Source: Hyphomonas sp.
GTDB taxonomy: Bacteria > Pseudomonadota > Alphaproteobacteria > Caulobacterales > Hyphomonadaceae
DNA length: 64,000 bases
Direction of reading: 5' to 3'
Assembly: GCA_017792365.1 (NCBI GenBank)
Contig: CP051229.1
Coordinates: 3,097,725 to 3,161,724, forward strand
A program made the position numbers and the translations under genes. How positions within the stretch are numbered: the stretch's first letter is position 1; each line of letters opens with the position of its first letter. This document shows positions 8,930 to 17,750 of this stretch, piece by piece. The notes below the pieces were generated by a model, which saw only the letters and a list, made by a program, of their open reading frames with translations, was not told the DNA's origin and did no database searches.

Positions 8930-9786
8930 TCAGGCGCGAAGCTGTTCGGCGCGCTGGGGATTGTTGGCGTTGAGCCAGGCGTCGGTCATCGGCGTCAGCC
9001 AGCGGGCGGCGGCGTCGATGATCTGCAGCGCGCGAAGCGGCTCGCTCATCGGCTTGGTGGCCATGATGTAGGCGAGCTCGAGATCGTCGCGCCGCGCCGG
9101 ATAGTTGATGGCGAACAGTTCGCGGCGGAGGTCGAGATCCTCGGTGTAGACCTGCTCGCGTTCCAGCACGAGGGCGTAGGCCGCCGAGATGATGGCGATC
9201 GCCGCATCCTGGGCCCCGGACTTCACGCGCTCCGGCGTGCGGGCGGTGGAAATGCGGTTGGTGGCGCGCAACAGCCGTCCGCGCAGCTCGAGGATGTCGC
9301 GGTTGGCGACGGCCGCGTCGAGGCGCTGGGGCGAGAGCATGCGGGACATATTGCGTCCGGCGATGCAGATCGAGTTGACGGCGAGCGCGAAACGGGCGGG
9401 CGAGAAGCCGCCGTCCGGCGTGAAGACGGCTTTCCAGTCGAACACCGAAACCGTGATGCGGCCGAGGCGCGGATAGCGGCGGCGCAATTGCGCGGCGGCG
9501 AGCGCTTCCCAGTGTTCGCGGACTTTCAGTTCCTTGCCGGTCGCTGGCGCGCCGTGGCGAAGCAGGACGTAGAACGCGGCGCCGCCCCGCGCCGGCGCGC
9601 GGCGGGTCCGGAAAGGTAGACGGAGTGCAGTTTCTCTTCGAAGCGCTCGAGCGCGATGTCGGCGGCCTCTTCGGCGGCTTCGATGGCGATACGGGCGGCC
9701 TTGTCGCGCGGAAAGGCCGCGTTGGCGATGCGTCCCCAATTGTCCTGAGGCCAGAATTCTCCACGCACCTTCGCCGCTTGCGGCAT
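8930..9786 (-). pseudogene. hypothetical protein with nucleotidyltransferase-like N-terminal region, interrupted by a frame change near 9584-9606
   Basis: Track ORF 9526..9792 is credible for MPQAAKVRGEFWPQDNWGRIANAAF...LHSVYLSGPAAR. Track ORF 8930..9739 is credible from GGAAFYVLLRHGAPATGKELK... The two halves join in a GC-rich run (cgccggcgcggggcggcgcc). ATG 9786 has AGGAG upstream. Confidence 0.45.
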
Positions 9787-9955
9787 CTCCAACTCCTAAC
9801 CATACGCCCCCAAAACACCCCGAATCGGTCCGCAGGCGAGCCGAAGCGGTAAATGAAACGTTAAGTCAGAGAATCGCGGTTGCAAGTGATTTCCACCGCC
9901 CAGAGGCAGTAAATCGCTCGAAACGCCGCATCCGGGGCGCCGTTAACTTTTCTGG

Positions 9956-11074
9956 TTAGGTAAACACGATTTCCGGGGCAGGTTTTTTCGTGTTTTCGCC
10001 AGCCGCCGCGTAGATGGCTTCCGCCAGCATTTTGAAGGCTTCAGCCGACGGCGCATCGCCGAGCGCGGCCGGCTTGCCTGCATCGCCGCCCTCGCGGATG
10101 TCCGGCAGGAGCGGCAGGGCGCCGAGGAACGGCACCCCCATTTCGCTCGCCACGCGCTGGCCGCCGTCCTGTCCGAAGATGTAGGCGCGCGTGCCGTCGG
10201 GCTGTTCGAACCAGGCCATGTTCTCGATCACGCCGAGGATCGGAATGTGCGCCTTGCGGAACAGGCCGACGCCGCGGCGCACATCGGCGAGCGCAACCTC
10301 CTGCGGGGTCGAGACGATCACGGCGCCGTCGAGGTCGAGCGTCTGGACGATGGTGAGCGGGACTTCGCCGGTGCCGGGCGGCGTGTCGATGAAGAGCATG
10401 TCGAGCGCGTCCCATGCGGTGTCGGTGATCAGCTTCTGCGCTGCGCCCGCGAGCATGGGGCCGCGCCAGACGACCGGCGCGCCGGGTTCGACGAGATTGC
10501 CAAGCGACATGGTGGCGACGCCATGCACTACGAGCGGCAGCATCTTGCGCTCGGGATTGACGGTCGGCTTGCGGCCTTCTGTGCCGAACATGGTGGGGAT
10601 GGACGGGCCGAACACGTCGCAGTCGACGAGTCCGGTGCGAAGGCCCATGCGGGCGGCGGCGACCGCGAGGTTGGCGGCGATGGTCGACTTGCCGACGCCG
10701 CCCTTGGCGGAGGCGATCGCGATGATCATCGCGGCCGGGCGCGGCCCCTTGGGCGTCTGCTGCGGCGGCGCGGGCTGTTGCGGCGCGCTGCGCGGGGCGC
10801 GCGCAGGCGGCGCATCCTCGTGCGCGGTCAGGACGGCGGTGACGGACTTGACGCCTGCGACGCGTTCGACGGCCTGTGCGGCGGCGGCGCGCAGGGGCTC
10901 ATCGGCCGCACCCTTCGTCGTCTCGAGCACAAATCCGATCGCGCCGCCGGGCCGTATCACCAGTCCGGAGACGCGGCGGGCGGCGAGCAGTCCCTTGCCG
11001 GATTCCGGGTCGGCGATGCTGTCGAGCGCGGCGCGTATGGCGGCTTCGAGTTGTGGATCGTCGCTGGCGGTCAC
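9956..11074 (-). CDS. apbC: Mrp/ApbC/NBP35-family Fe-S cluster carrier ATPase
   Basis: Deviant Walker A IASAKGGVGKST; N-terminal MIP18-like domain. GTG start at 11074 with AAGGAG 10 nt upstream; the track ORF extends further upstream as Arg-rich sequence. Confidence 0.9.
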   Translation of the reverse strand: MTASDDPQLEAAIRAALDSIADPESGKGLLAARRVSGLVIRPGGAIGFVLETTKGAADEPLRAAAAQAVERVAGVKSVTAVLTAHEDAPPARAPRSAPQQPAPPQQTPKGPRPAAMIIAIASAKGGVGKSTIAANLAVAAARMGLRTGLVDCDVFGPSIPTMFGTEGRKPTVNPERKMLPLVVHGVATMSLGNLVEPGAPVVWRGPMLAGAAQKLITDTAWDALDMLFIDTPPGTGEVPLTIVQTLDLDGAVIVSTPQEVALADVRRGVGLFRKAHIPILGVIENMAWFEQPDGTRAYIFGQDGGQRVASEMGVPFLGALPLLPDIREGGDAGKPAALGDAPSAEAFKMLAEAIYAAAGENTKKPAPEIVFT

Positions 11075-11379
11075 GTCGGTTTGGCTCCTTGAGACCGTGA
11101 CGGGTCTTCGGCGCCTAAGTGTACGCTGGCGCGGGCGCATGCAAGGGAATGGAGTTCGCGCTTGCGCTTGCAGGACGAATGGTACGCTCAACTCTCAGGG
11201 GAAAAACGCCCGGTTTACCGGTACGTACGGCGCATCGCTTGCATCCGGGGGCTGGGACAACGTACTATTTTTGTCTGCATGGATGCGTAAATCGTTCCGC
11301 CGCCTTAAATGTCTGGAAGGCGACGGTGATCTAGGCGTAGCTGAGACAATCAAGGCAGTACGCCAAGCAAGGAGGGGCT

Positions 11380-12537
11380 ATGCCCTGGAATGACAACAAG
11401 GGCGGCGGCGGCGGACCCTGGGGCGGTTCAGGCGGCGGCGGCAATGGCGGCGGCAAGGGGGACAGCCCGTGGGGTCGTCCCGGTGGTTCTGAGGGCCCGC
11501 GTGGCGGCCCGAAAGAACCTGAGCGGCCTGCCGATCTCGAAGAATCCCTGCGCCGCATGCAGGAGCGCTTCAAGCGCCGCGGCGGCGGATCGGGCGGCGG
11601 ATCCGGGCGCGGCGCCGGCGGCGGACGCGGCATTGGTACGCTGGGCATCCTGATCATCCTGATCGTCGGCCTCGTGGGCTGGCTGATGACCGGCATCTAC
11701 CAGGTGAACGAACAGGAAAGCGCGGTCGTGCTGCGTTTTGGCAAGGTGCACCGCACTGAAGGTCCGGGCTTCAAGATCCGCCTGCCGGATCCGATCGAGC
11801 AGCATTTCCCGGTGCCGGTGAACGTCATCACGGAAACGCAGATCGGCGGCAGCGTCGAAGAAAGCCTGATGCTGACGGGTGATGAAAACATCGTCGACAT
11901 CGATTTTTCCATCAACTGGCGGATCAACTCGCCGCAGCAATATCTCTTCAACGTCGTCGACCGCGTGAACAACCAGAACGAGCTGATCCGTCAGGTCGGT
12001 GAGAGCGCGATGCGCGAGGTTGTCGGCACGTCGGCGTTCGAGCCGATCACCACCGGCGACCGGACGGGCGTCGAGGAACGCGTGCGGCAATTGATGCAGA
12101 CCACGCTGGACAGCTATCAGGCCGGCGTCGAAGTCGTGTCGATCTCGCTCAAGGAGGCCACCGCGCCGCCGGAAGTCGTCGAGGTCCAGCGCGATGTGAC
12201 CAACGCCGAGCAGGACAGGGCGCGCCGCATCAACGAGGCGACGGCCTATCGCAACCAGGTCGTTCCCGAAGCCCGCGGTGAAGCGCAACGCGTGATCCAG
12301 GAAGCCGAGGGCTACAAGGAATCGCAGGTCGCCATCGCCCGCGGTGAGGCCGACCGCTTCACCCTGATCTACGACGAATACCGTCAGGCGCCGCGTGTGA
12401 CGCGCGAACGCATGTTCCTTGAGACGATGGAAGGCGTGCTGGGCCGGACCGACCGGATCATCCTCGACGGCAGCGCGGGCGCTGTGCCTTACCTGCCGCT
12501 TGACCAGCTTCGTCGCAACCAGAGCGGAGGCCAGTGA
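11380..12537 (+). CDS. hflK: FtsH protease modulator HflK (Gly-rich N-terminus, TM, SPFH/band-7 domain)
   Basis: 385 aa: MPWNDNKGGGGGPWGG..., a single TM, then SPFH domain. Followed by overlapping hflC. Confidence 0.9.
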   Translation: MPWNDNKGGGGGPWGGSGGGGNGGGKGDSPWGRPGGSEGPRGGPKEPERPADLEESLRRMQERFKRRGGGSGGGSGRGAGGGRGIGTLGILIILIVGLVGWLMTGIYQVNEQESAVVLRFGKVHRTEGPGFKIRLPDPIEQHFPVPVNVITETQIGGSVEESLMLTGDENIVDIDFSINWRINSPQQYLFNVVDRVNNQNELIRQVGESAMREVVGTSAFEPITTGDRTGVEERVRQLMQTTLDSYQAGVEVVSISLKEATAPPEVVEVQRDVTNAEQDRARRINEATAYRNQVVPEARGEAQRVIQEAEGYKESQVAIARGEADRFTLIYDEYRQAPRVTRERMFLETMEGVLGRTDRIILDGSAGAVPYLPLDQLRRNQSGGQ

Positions 12538-13436
12538 TGCAACGCACACTCATGACCGTAGGCGTTGTTCTGGCCCTTGCGCTGATCGCGTTCGCCAACA
12601 GCTTCTACATCGTTCGCGTCGACCAGCAGGCGATCCTCCTGCAGTTCGGTGAGCAGATTGACGTCATCAACGAAGGCGACGCAGACGAGGCGGGACTGCA
12701 CTTCAAGATCCCGTTCATCCAGAACACCGTCGTCTACGACAAGCGGAACATCGGCTTCGACCTCGCCGAGCAGGAAATCATTGCTGGCGACCAGCAGCGT
12801 CTGATCGTGGATGCGATCGCGCGCTACCGGATCGCTGATCCGCTGCAATACTTCCGGGCGCATCCCGCGTCCAACGCCAGCGACTCCGTGCGCAACGGCG
12901 AGCGCAACCTCTCCCAGCGTATGACCGCCGCGCTTCGTGGCGAGCTGGGTAAGGTCGCCTCTCCGGACATCATCTCGGGCCAGCGCGCCCAGCTGATGCA
13001 GCAGATCCGCACGACGCTGCAGGGCACGATGGCGAGCTTCGGCGTCGAGATCATCGACGTTCGCATCCGCCGCGCTGACCTGCCGACGGAGAACTCCGAG
13101 CGGGTGTTCGAACGGATGAAGTCGGAACTGCGCCAGCAGGCCGCGCTCTACCGCGCCGAGGGTGAGGAGCAGTATCTGACCATCGTCGGTGACGCGGATC
13201 GCCAGGCGCAGATCATCGCCGCTGAAGCCAACGAGCAGGCCAGCCGCCTGCGCGGTGAAGGCGACGCCCAGCGGAACGAGATCTACGCCGCAGCGTTCGG
13301 CCGCGACCCCGAGTTCTTCTCCTTCTACCGCTCGATGCTGGCCTATGAGCGGTCGATCAAGGAAGGCACGCCGCTGGTGATTGCGCCGGATTCGGAGTTC
13401 TTCCGGTACTTCGGCGACGCAAACGGCGGCCGCTAG
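12534..13436 (+). CDS. hflC: FtsH protease modulator HflC
   Basis: 300 aa SPFH-domain protein. ATG overlaps the hflK stop (ATGA). Confidence 0.9.
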   Translation: MMQRTLMTVGVVLALALIAFANSFYIVRVDQQAILLQFGEQIDVINEGDADEAGLHFKIPFIQNTVVYDKRNIGFDLAEQEIIAGDQQRLIVDAIARYRIADPLQYFRAHPASNASDSVRNGERNLSQRMTAALRGELGKVASPDIISGQRAQLMQQIRTTLQGTMASFGVEIIDVRIRRADLPTENSERVFERMKSELRQQAALYRAEGEEQYLTIVGDADRQAQIIAAEANEQASRLRGEGDAQRNEIYAAAFGRDPEFFSFYRSMLAYERSIKEGTPLVIAPDSEFFRYFGDANGGR

Positions 13437-13460
13437 GCGCCTTTCCGACCAGAACGAACA

Positions 13461-13531
13461 GTGCGCCCGTCCCTCATCAAGGGGCGGGCGCACGGCATTT
13501 TGAACGGCGGAATGCCGCCCTTTGTCTTCTT
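13461..13531 (+). terminator. tandem intrinsic terminators after hflC
   Basis: 13-bp stem gtgcgcccgtccc/ggggcgggcgcac (one G-U), followed by ggcatttt. Then ggcgg-aatg-ccgcc followed by ctttgtcttctt. Confidence 0.6.
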
Positions 13532-13662
13532 GTCGCCGGTTTTGTCGGGCTAGCTTGGGTCAGGCTGTGCTTGCGCCCTGCATCCGCTTGCGGATCGCGA
13601 GAGCAAAGGCCAGTGTCACGCGGCCAGGGATTGGCTGACGAACTGCCGGAGTGAGTTTCGAG

Positions 13663-15132
13663 ATGATGGGTCTTCAGGCGCTGCAACGCGGACGGACGGG
13701 ACAGTTGGCTGGCGCGCTGGCTGCAGCGGCGGTGTTTCTCGGCGCAGCGGCGACGCAGGCTGCAGCGCAGACGCCGCAGGACCGGCCGGGCCTCTCTGGC
13801 GAGGACTTCTCGGCGCTGTCGCGCCAGCTGATGCCCTCGGTCGTGAACATCTCGACGCGCCAGACGGTTGGCGGCGCAGACGGCCTTCCGGCGTTCCCGC
13901 CTGGCTCGCCGCTGAATGAGTTCAACGAATTCTTCGGTCGCGACGAGGAAGGCCAGATGCGTCGGCAATCCTCGCTGGGTTCCGGCTTCATTATTGATGC
14001 GCAGGGTCACATCGTGACCAACAACCACGTCATCGAGGGCGCGGACGAGATTGACGTGAACCTGTCGGACGGCACGGTGCTGAGCGCCAAGCTGGTCGGC
14101 ACCGATCCGGACACCGATCTTGCCCTGTTGAAGGTGCAGCCGGACAGCGCGCTGGCGCCGGTGCCATGGGGCAATTCGGACACCGCCGAAGTGGGCGAGT
14201 GGGTGCTGGCGATCGGCAACCCGTTCGGCCTTGGCGGTACGGTGACGGCCGGCATCGTTTCGGCGCGCAACCGCGACATCAACCAGGGCAGTTTTGACGA
14301 CTTCATCCAGACCGACGCAGCCATCAACCGCGGCAACTCGGGCGGGCCTCTGTTCAACCTGCGCGGCGAAGTCATTGGCATCAACACGGCGATCTTCTCG
14401 CCCGGCTCCAGCGGCGGTTCGGTCGGCGTCGGCTTCTCTGTTCCCTCCAACCTTGCGCGGACGGTGGTCTCGCAGATCCAGGAGTTCGGCGCGACGCGGC
14501 GCGGCACGCTGGGCGTACGCGTGCTTGATGTCGATCAGGGGATTGCGGAGGCTTATGGCCTGCGCCGCGCAGAGGGCGCGCTGGTCTCGCAGGTCGAGGA
14601 TGACGGCGCAGCGTCGGCTGCCGGCCTCGAGGTCGGCGACCTGATCACGCAGCTGAACAACCAGCCGGTGAAGGCCGCGCGCGACCTCTCGCGGATCATT
14701 TCGGTATCGACCGTCGGCTCGAAGATGAGCGTAAGGTATGTGCGCAAGGGTCGTGAGGCGACTACCACTGTGACGCTGGCGCCGTCGGCGAACGCCAATG
14801 CCGGCAGCGACGAGGACGATGCAGAAACCGCGCTGGAGGAATTGTCCAACATCATCGGCGTGCAGTTCCGCGCGATCGAGGATACGGACCGCCGCCGCAG
14901 GAATATTCCGCGCTCGGTGAACGGCGTGGTCGTCGACGGGATCGACAACGGCTCGGATGCGCTGGGCAAGCTGCGCATCGGCTCGATCATCACGGAAGTG
15001 AACTTCCAGCCCGTGACGTCGCCGGAAGAGGCCATCGCGGCCGCAGAGGAGGCGGCGCGGCAGGACAAGCCGGTGCTGTTGCAGATCTGGGGTTCGGGGC
15101 AGGCGAGCTTCGTCTCGGTACGTCCGAAGTAG
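13663..15132 (+). CDS. degP: Do/DegP/HtrA-family periplasmic serine endoprotease with two PDZ domains
   Basis: Catalytic-region motifs HIVTNNHV, DLALLKV, GNSGGPLF; signal-like N-terminus. The track start 13651 is GTG; ATG 13663 is preferred. Confidence 0.9.
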   Translation: MMGLQALQRGRTGQLAGALAAAAVFLGAAATQAAAQTPQDRPGLSGEDFSALSRQLMPSVVNISTRQTVGGADGLPAFPPGSPLNEFNEFFGRDEEGQMRRQSSLGSGFIIDAQGHIVTNNHVIEGADEIDVNLSDGTVLSAKLVGTDPDTDLALLKVQPDSALAPVPWGNSDTAEVGEWVLAIGNPFGLGGTVTAGIVSARNRDINQGSFDDFIQTDAAINRGNSGGPLFNLRGEVIGINTAIFSPGSSGGSVGVGFSVPSNLARTVVSQIQEFGATRRGTLGVRVLDVDQGIAEAYGLRRAEGALVSQVEDDGAASAAGLEVGDLITQLNNQPVKAARDLSRIISVSTVGSKMSVRYVRKGREATTTVTLAPSANANAGSDEDDAETALEELSNIIGVQFRAIEDTDRRRRNIPRSVNGVVVDGIDNGSDALGKLRIGSIITEVNFQPVTSPEEAIAAAEEAARQDKPVLLQIWGSGQASFVSVRPK

Positions 15133-15136
15133 CAGG

Positions 15137-15598
15137 TTGGGCGTCCGCGTCAGGACCGCGCTGCCGAAGGAGGCGGGGCTCCTCACCGAGCTCTGCATGC
15201 GCTCGAAAGCCCACCATGGCTATGACGACGCCTTCATGGCGCAGTGTGCGCCCGTGCTGGAGGTGCGCGGCGCAGACATCGATGCCGGCCGCATCTGGGT
15301 GGCGCAGCGCAATCGCAGGATCGTCGGCACCGTCGGCATCACGCCCGAGGGCGATGGAGAGGCCGAGCTTGACCGCATGTTTGTGGAGCCCGAGGCGATC
15401 GGGTCGGGCGTCGGCAAGGCGCTGATGCGACGGGTCGTGCGAGAGTCGCGTGCGATCGGCGTCAGGCGGCTGATGATCCTCGCCGACCCGCATGCGGCCC
15501 GGTTCTACGAGCAGTGCGGCGCCGTGCTGATCGGCGAGGAACCGTCCGATGCGATCCCGGGCCGGCGGTTGCCGCGATACGAGCTGCGGATCGGCTAA
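15137..15598 (+). CDS. GNAT-family N-acetyltransferase
   Basis: 153 aa. Acetyl-CoA binding-type motif RMFVEPEAIGSGVGKALM. Confidence 0.75.
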   Translation: MGVRVRTALPKEAGLLTELCMRSKAHHGYDDAFMAQCAPVLEVRGADIDAGRIWVAQRNRRIVGTVGITPEGDGEAELDRMFVEPEAIGSGVGKALMRRVVRESRAIGVRRLMILADPHAARFYEQCGAVLIGEEPSDAIPGRRLPRYELRIG

Positions 15599-15613
15599 GG
15601 CGCCCTAAGCGGA

Positions 15614-16498
15614 TCAGCCTGTGACGATCTCGTCCTCGCTGTAGCCCTGGAAGAAGAGCGCGGCGGTGAGATCGGTATGCTCGATCCGCGCAAGGGTTTC
15701 GGCGGCGACAATCGGCTTGGCCTTGTAGGCGATGCCGAGCCCGGCGGCCCGGATCATGTCGAGATCGTTGGCGCCATCGCCCATGGCGACCGCATTCAGG
15801 GGCGTTGCGCCGATCGCGGCGGTTTCTTCTTCAAGGGCGGCGAGCTTGGCGGCGCGGCCAAGGATCGGTTCGGCGACGCGGCCTGTCAGCGTTTCGCCGT
15901 CATCCAGCAGCGTGTTGGCGCGGTCGGCTTCGAAGCCGGCGGCTTTCGCGACCCGCGACGTGAAGAAGGTGAAGCCGCCAGACACCAGGACGCAGCGTGC
16001 GCCATTGGCGCGCATGGTGGAGGTGAGGCGCCGCGCGCCGGGATTGAGCGAGATCCGGGCCGAGTAGCACATGGCGAGCGCCGAGAGCGGCAGGTTCTTC
16101 AGCATCGAGACCCGGGCGGTCAGCGCGGCCTCGAAATCCAGCTCGCCGCGCATCGCCCGTTCGGTGATCGCGGAAACCTCGTCCTTGAGCCCTGCAAAGT
16201 CGGCCAGCTCGTCGAGGCATTCCTGACCTATGATGGTCGAATCCATGTCGGAGATGAGCAGCTTCTTGCGGCGGTTGTCGGCGTCGACAATCGCCCAGTC
16301 GGTCCGCGCAGCAGGCGTTGCGGAATTCAGATAATCGACTAGATCAGCCTGTCCGTCAGGGTCTAGGGTTGCTTCGAACACGGACCATTTGCTGCCGCCC
16401 CTGTCCTGGACCGGCCCGGTAATGGACGGGGCGTTTTCGGCGATCTGCCGGGCGCTCCCTTCATCGGAGCGGGATACGAGCGAGAGTAGTTTTGCCAT
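15614..16498 (-). CDS. serB: phosphoserine phosphatase
   Basis: HAD motif I DMDSTIIGQE, plus GDGANDL; 294 aa. Confidence 0.85.
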   Translation of the reverse strand: MAKLLSLVSRSDEGSARQIAENAPSITGPVQDRGGSKWSVFEATLDPDGQADLVDYLNSATPAARTDWAIVDADNRRKKLLISDMDSTIIGQECLDELADFAGLKDEVSAITERAMRGELDFEAALTARVSMLKNLPLSALAMCYSARISLNPGARRLTSTMRANGARCVLVSGGFTFFTSRVAKAAGFEADRANTLLDDGETLTGRVAEPILGRAAKLAALEEETAAIGATPLNAVAMGDGANDLDMIRAAGLGIAYKAKPIVAAETLARIEHTDLTAALFFQGYSEDEIVTG

Positions 16499-16614
16499 GG
16501 ATCAGTGTCGTCGTCGGCGCCGCCGGTGCGTACGAACGGTGACAAGTGTATGAGTGGGTTCACGCCGACATCGAGCGGTGGTCCCCGGGGGGGAAGGGAC
16601 ATCGGCGCGGGATC

Positions 16615-17553
16615 ATGCGGCCAGCTATCCTAATTCATGGGCCGACCGCAAGCGGCAAGACTGCGCTTGCTATCGAACTGGCGCGGCGCCTGGGCGGCGA
16701 GATCGTCAACGCCGACGCGATGCAGGTCTATCGCGATCTGGAAATCCTGTCGGCGCGACCGAGCCGGGAAGAGCGTGAGAGCGCGCCGCACCACATGTTC
16801 GGGCACATTGACGCAGCGGACGCCTATTCGGTCGGGCGCTGGCAGAAGGATGCGGCGGCGTGCATCGAGGAGATCAGGGCGCGCGGCAAGGCGCCGATCG
16901 TGGTTGGCGGGTCGGGGCTCTACCTGAGCGCGCTGACCGACGGGCTGGCGCAGATCCCCAACGTGCCCGACGAGATCAAGCAGCAGGCGCGCGCTCGCGT
17001 CGGCGCCGACCGCAACGCCGCCCATGAAGACCTCGCGACGATCGATCCGGAAGCTGCGCACCGCATTGCGCGCGGCGATCGCCAGCGCATCGCCCGCGCG
17101 CTCGAGGTCTGGATGGCCTTCGGGCGGACTTTGTCGAGCTATCGCGGGGCTGCTGTTCCGGTGGTGAAGCCCGGCGAATGGCTGGGCGTCGTCCTGACGC
17201 CGCAGCGCGAACCACTCTACGACCGGATCAATCAGCGCGTCGATGCGATGCTGCGCGCAGGCGTGCTGCAGGAGGCCCGCAAGCTGTGGTCACGCAAGCT
17301 GTCACGCGAGCTGCCATGCATGCGGGCGCACGGCATGCCGGGGTTCTGCGATCATTTCGATGGACGAATGACATTGGACGATGCGGCCGAGCAGTGCCGG
17401 CGGGACACAAGGCGCTACGCCAAGCGGCAGATGACGTGGATTGCGCACCAGTTCAGCCTGTGGCCGCGCATCCCTTCCGCTGACGTTAACGTGAGGACGA
17501 GGGTGATTTCAGCCCTTCACGCAGAGATTGACGGCGCCAAGATAGAAGGCTAG
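16615..17553 (+). CDS. miaA: tRNA dimethylallyltransferase
   Basis: P-loop GPTASGKT near the N-terminus. Start set to ATG 16615 (MRPAILIHGPTASGKT). Confidence 0.9.
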   Translation: MRPAILIHGPTASGKTALAIELARRLGGEIVNADAMQVYRDLEILSARPSREERESAPHHMFGHIDAADAYSVGRWQKDAAACIEEIRARGKAPIVVGGSGLYLSALTDGLAQIPNVPDEIKQQARARVGADRNAAHEDLATIDPEAAHRIARGDRQRIARALEVWMAFGRTLSSYRGAAVPVVKPGEWLGVVLTPQREPLYDRINQRVDAMLRAGVLQEARKLWSRKLSRELPCMRAHGMPGFCDHFDGRMTLDDAAEQCRRDTRRYAKRQMTWIAHQFSLWPRIPSADVNVRTRVISALHAEIDGAKIEG

Positions 17554-17588
17554 TCGTCGATCAGGCTTTATCGGGGAGAGATTTGCCC

Positions 17589-17645
17589 ATGCCCGCCCAG
17601 ATGGCGCGCCTCGTAGTTGTTATCGGCTCGTCGCCGGCCTGCTAG
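17589..17645 (+). CDS. ilv leader peptide MPAQMARLVVVIGSSPAC (18 codons, five consecutive Leu/Val/Ile codons)
   Basis: Not in the track (too short). GGGGAGAG lies 8 nt upstream of the ATG. CTC GTA GTT GTT ATC run at 17610-17624. Followed by a long hairpin and a terminator, immediately upstream of ilvI. Confidence 0.6.
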   Translation: MPAQMARLVVVIGSSPAC

Positions 17646-17673
17646 AGAGCAGACCGACGGCGAGTACGAAATG

Positions 17674-17702
17674 AAAGGGCCCTTTGCGGCCCTTTTTCTT
17701 TT
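17674..17702 (+). terminator. intrinsic terminator of the ilv attenuator
   Basis: aaagggcc-ctttgc-ggcccttt stem-loop followed by a tttttctttt tract, about 50 nt upstream of the ilvI start. Confidence 0.7.
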
Positions 17703-17750
17703 CCCGCTATGTGTTGAAGTGGAACGATCAAAGTGGACGGAAACCAGTCG

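Noticed and set aside
11395-11640. GGC-rich triplet repeats considered as a tandem repeat or contingency locus.
   Set aside because: They encode the glycine-rich N-terminal tail that is normal for alphaproteobacterial HflK. The repeat units are imperfect and in frame.
13477-15198. Very long antisense ORFs in the track. Examples: 13477..15198 (-), 4463..5902 (-), 20964..22097 (-), 23752..24879 (-), 27798..29384 (-), 30793..32556 (-), 32547..33755 (-), 39154..40971 (-), 53759..54988 (-), 10191..11393 (+), 12489..13493 (-).
   Set aside because: Each lies opposite a gene with clear family motifs (degP, the kinase, ilvC, hppA, fdhF-like, leuA, mrdA, cysI, apbC, hflC). Each translates to Arg/Ala/Pro/Gly-rich low-complexity sequence. 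These are typical stop-poor shadow frames of high-GC DNA.
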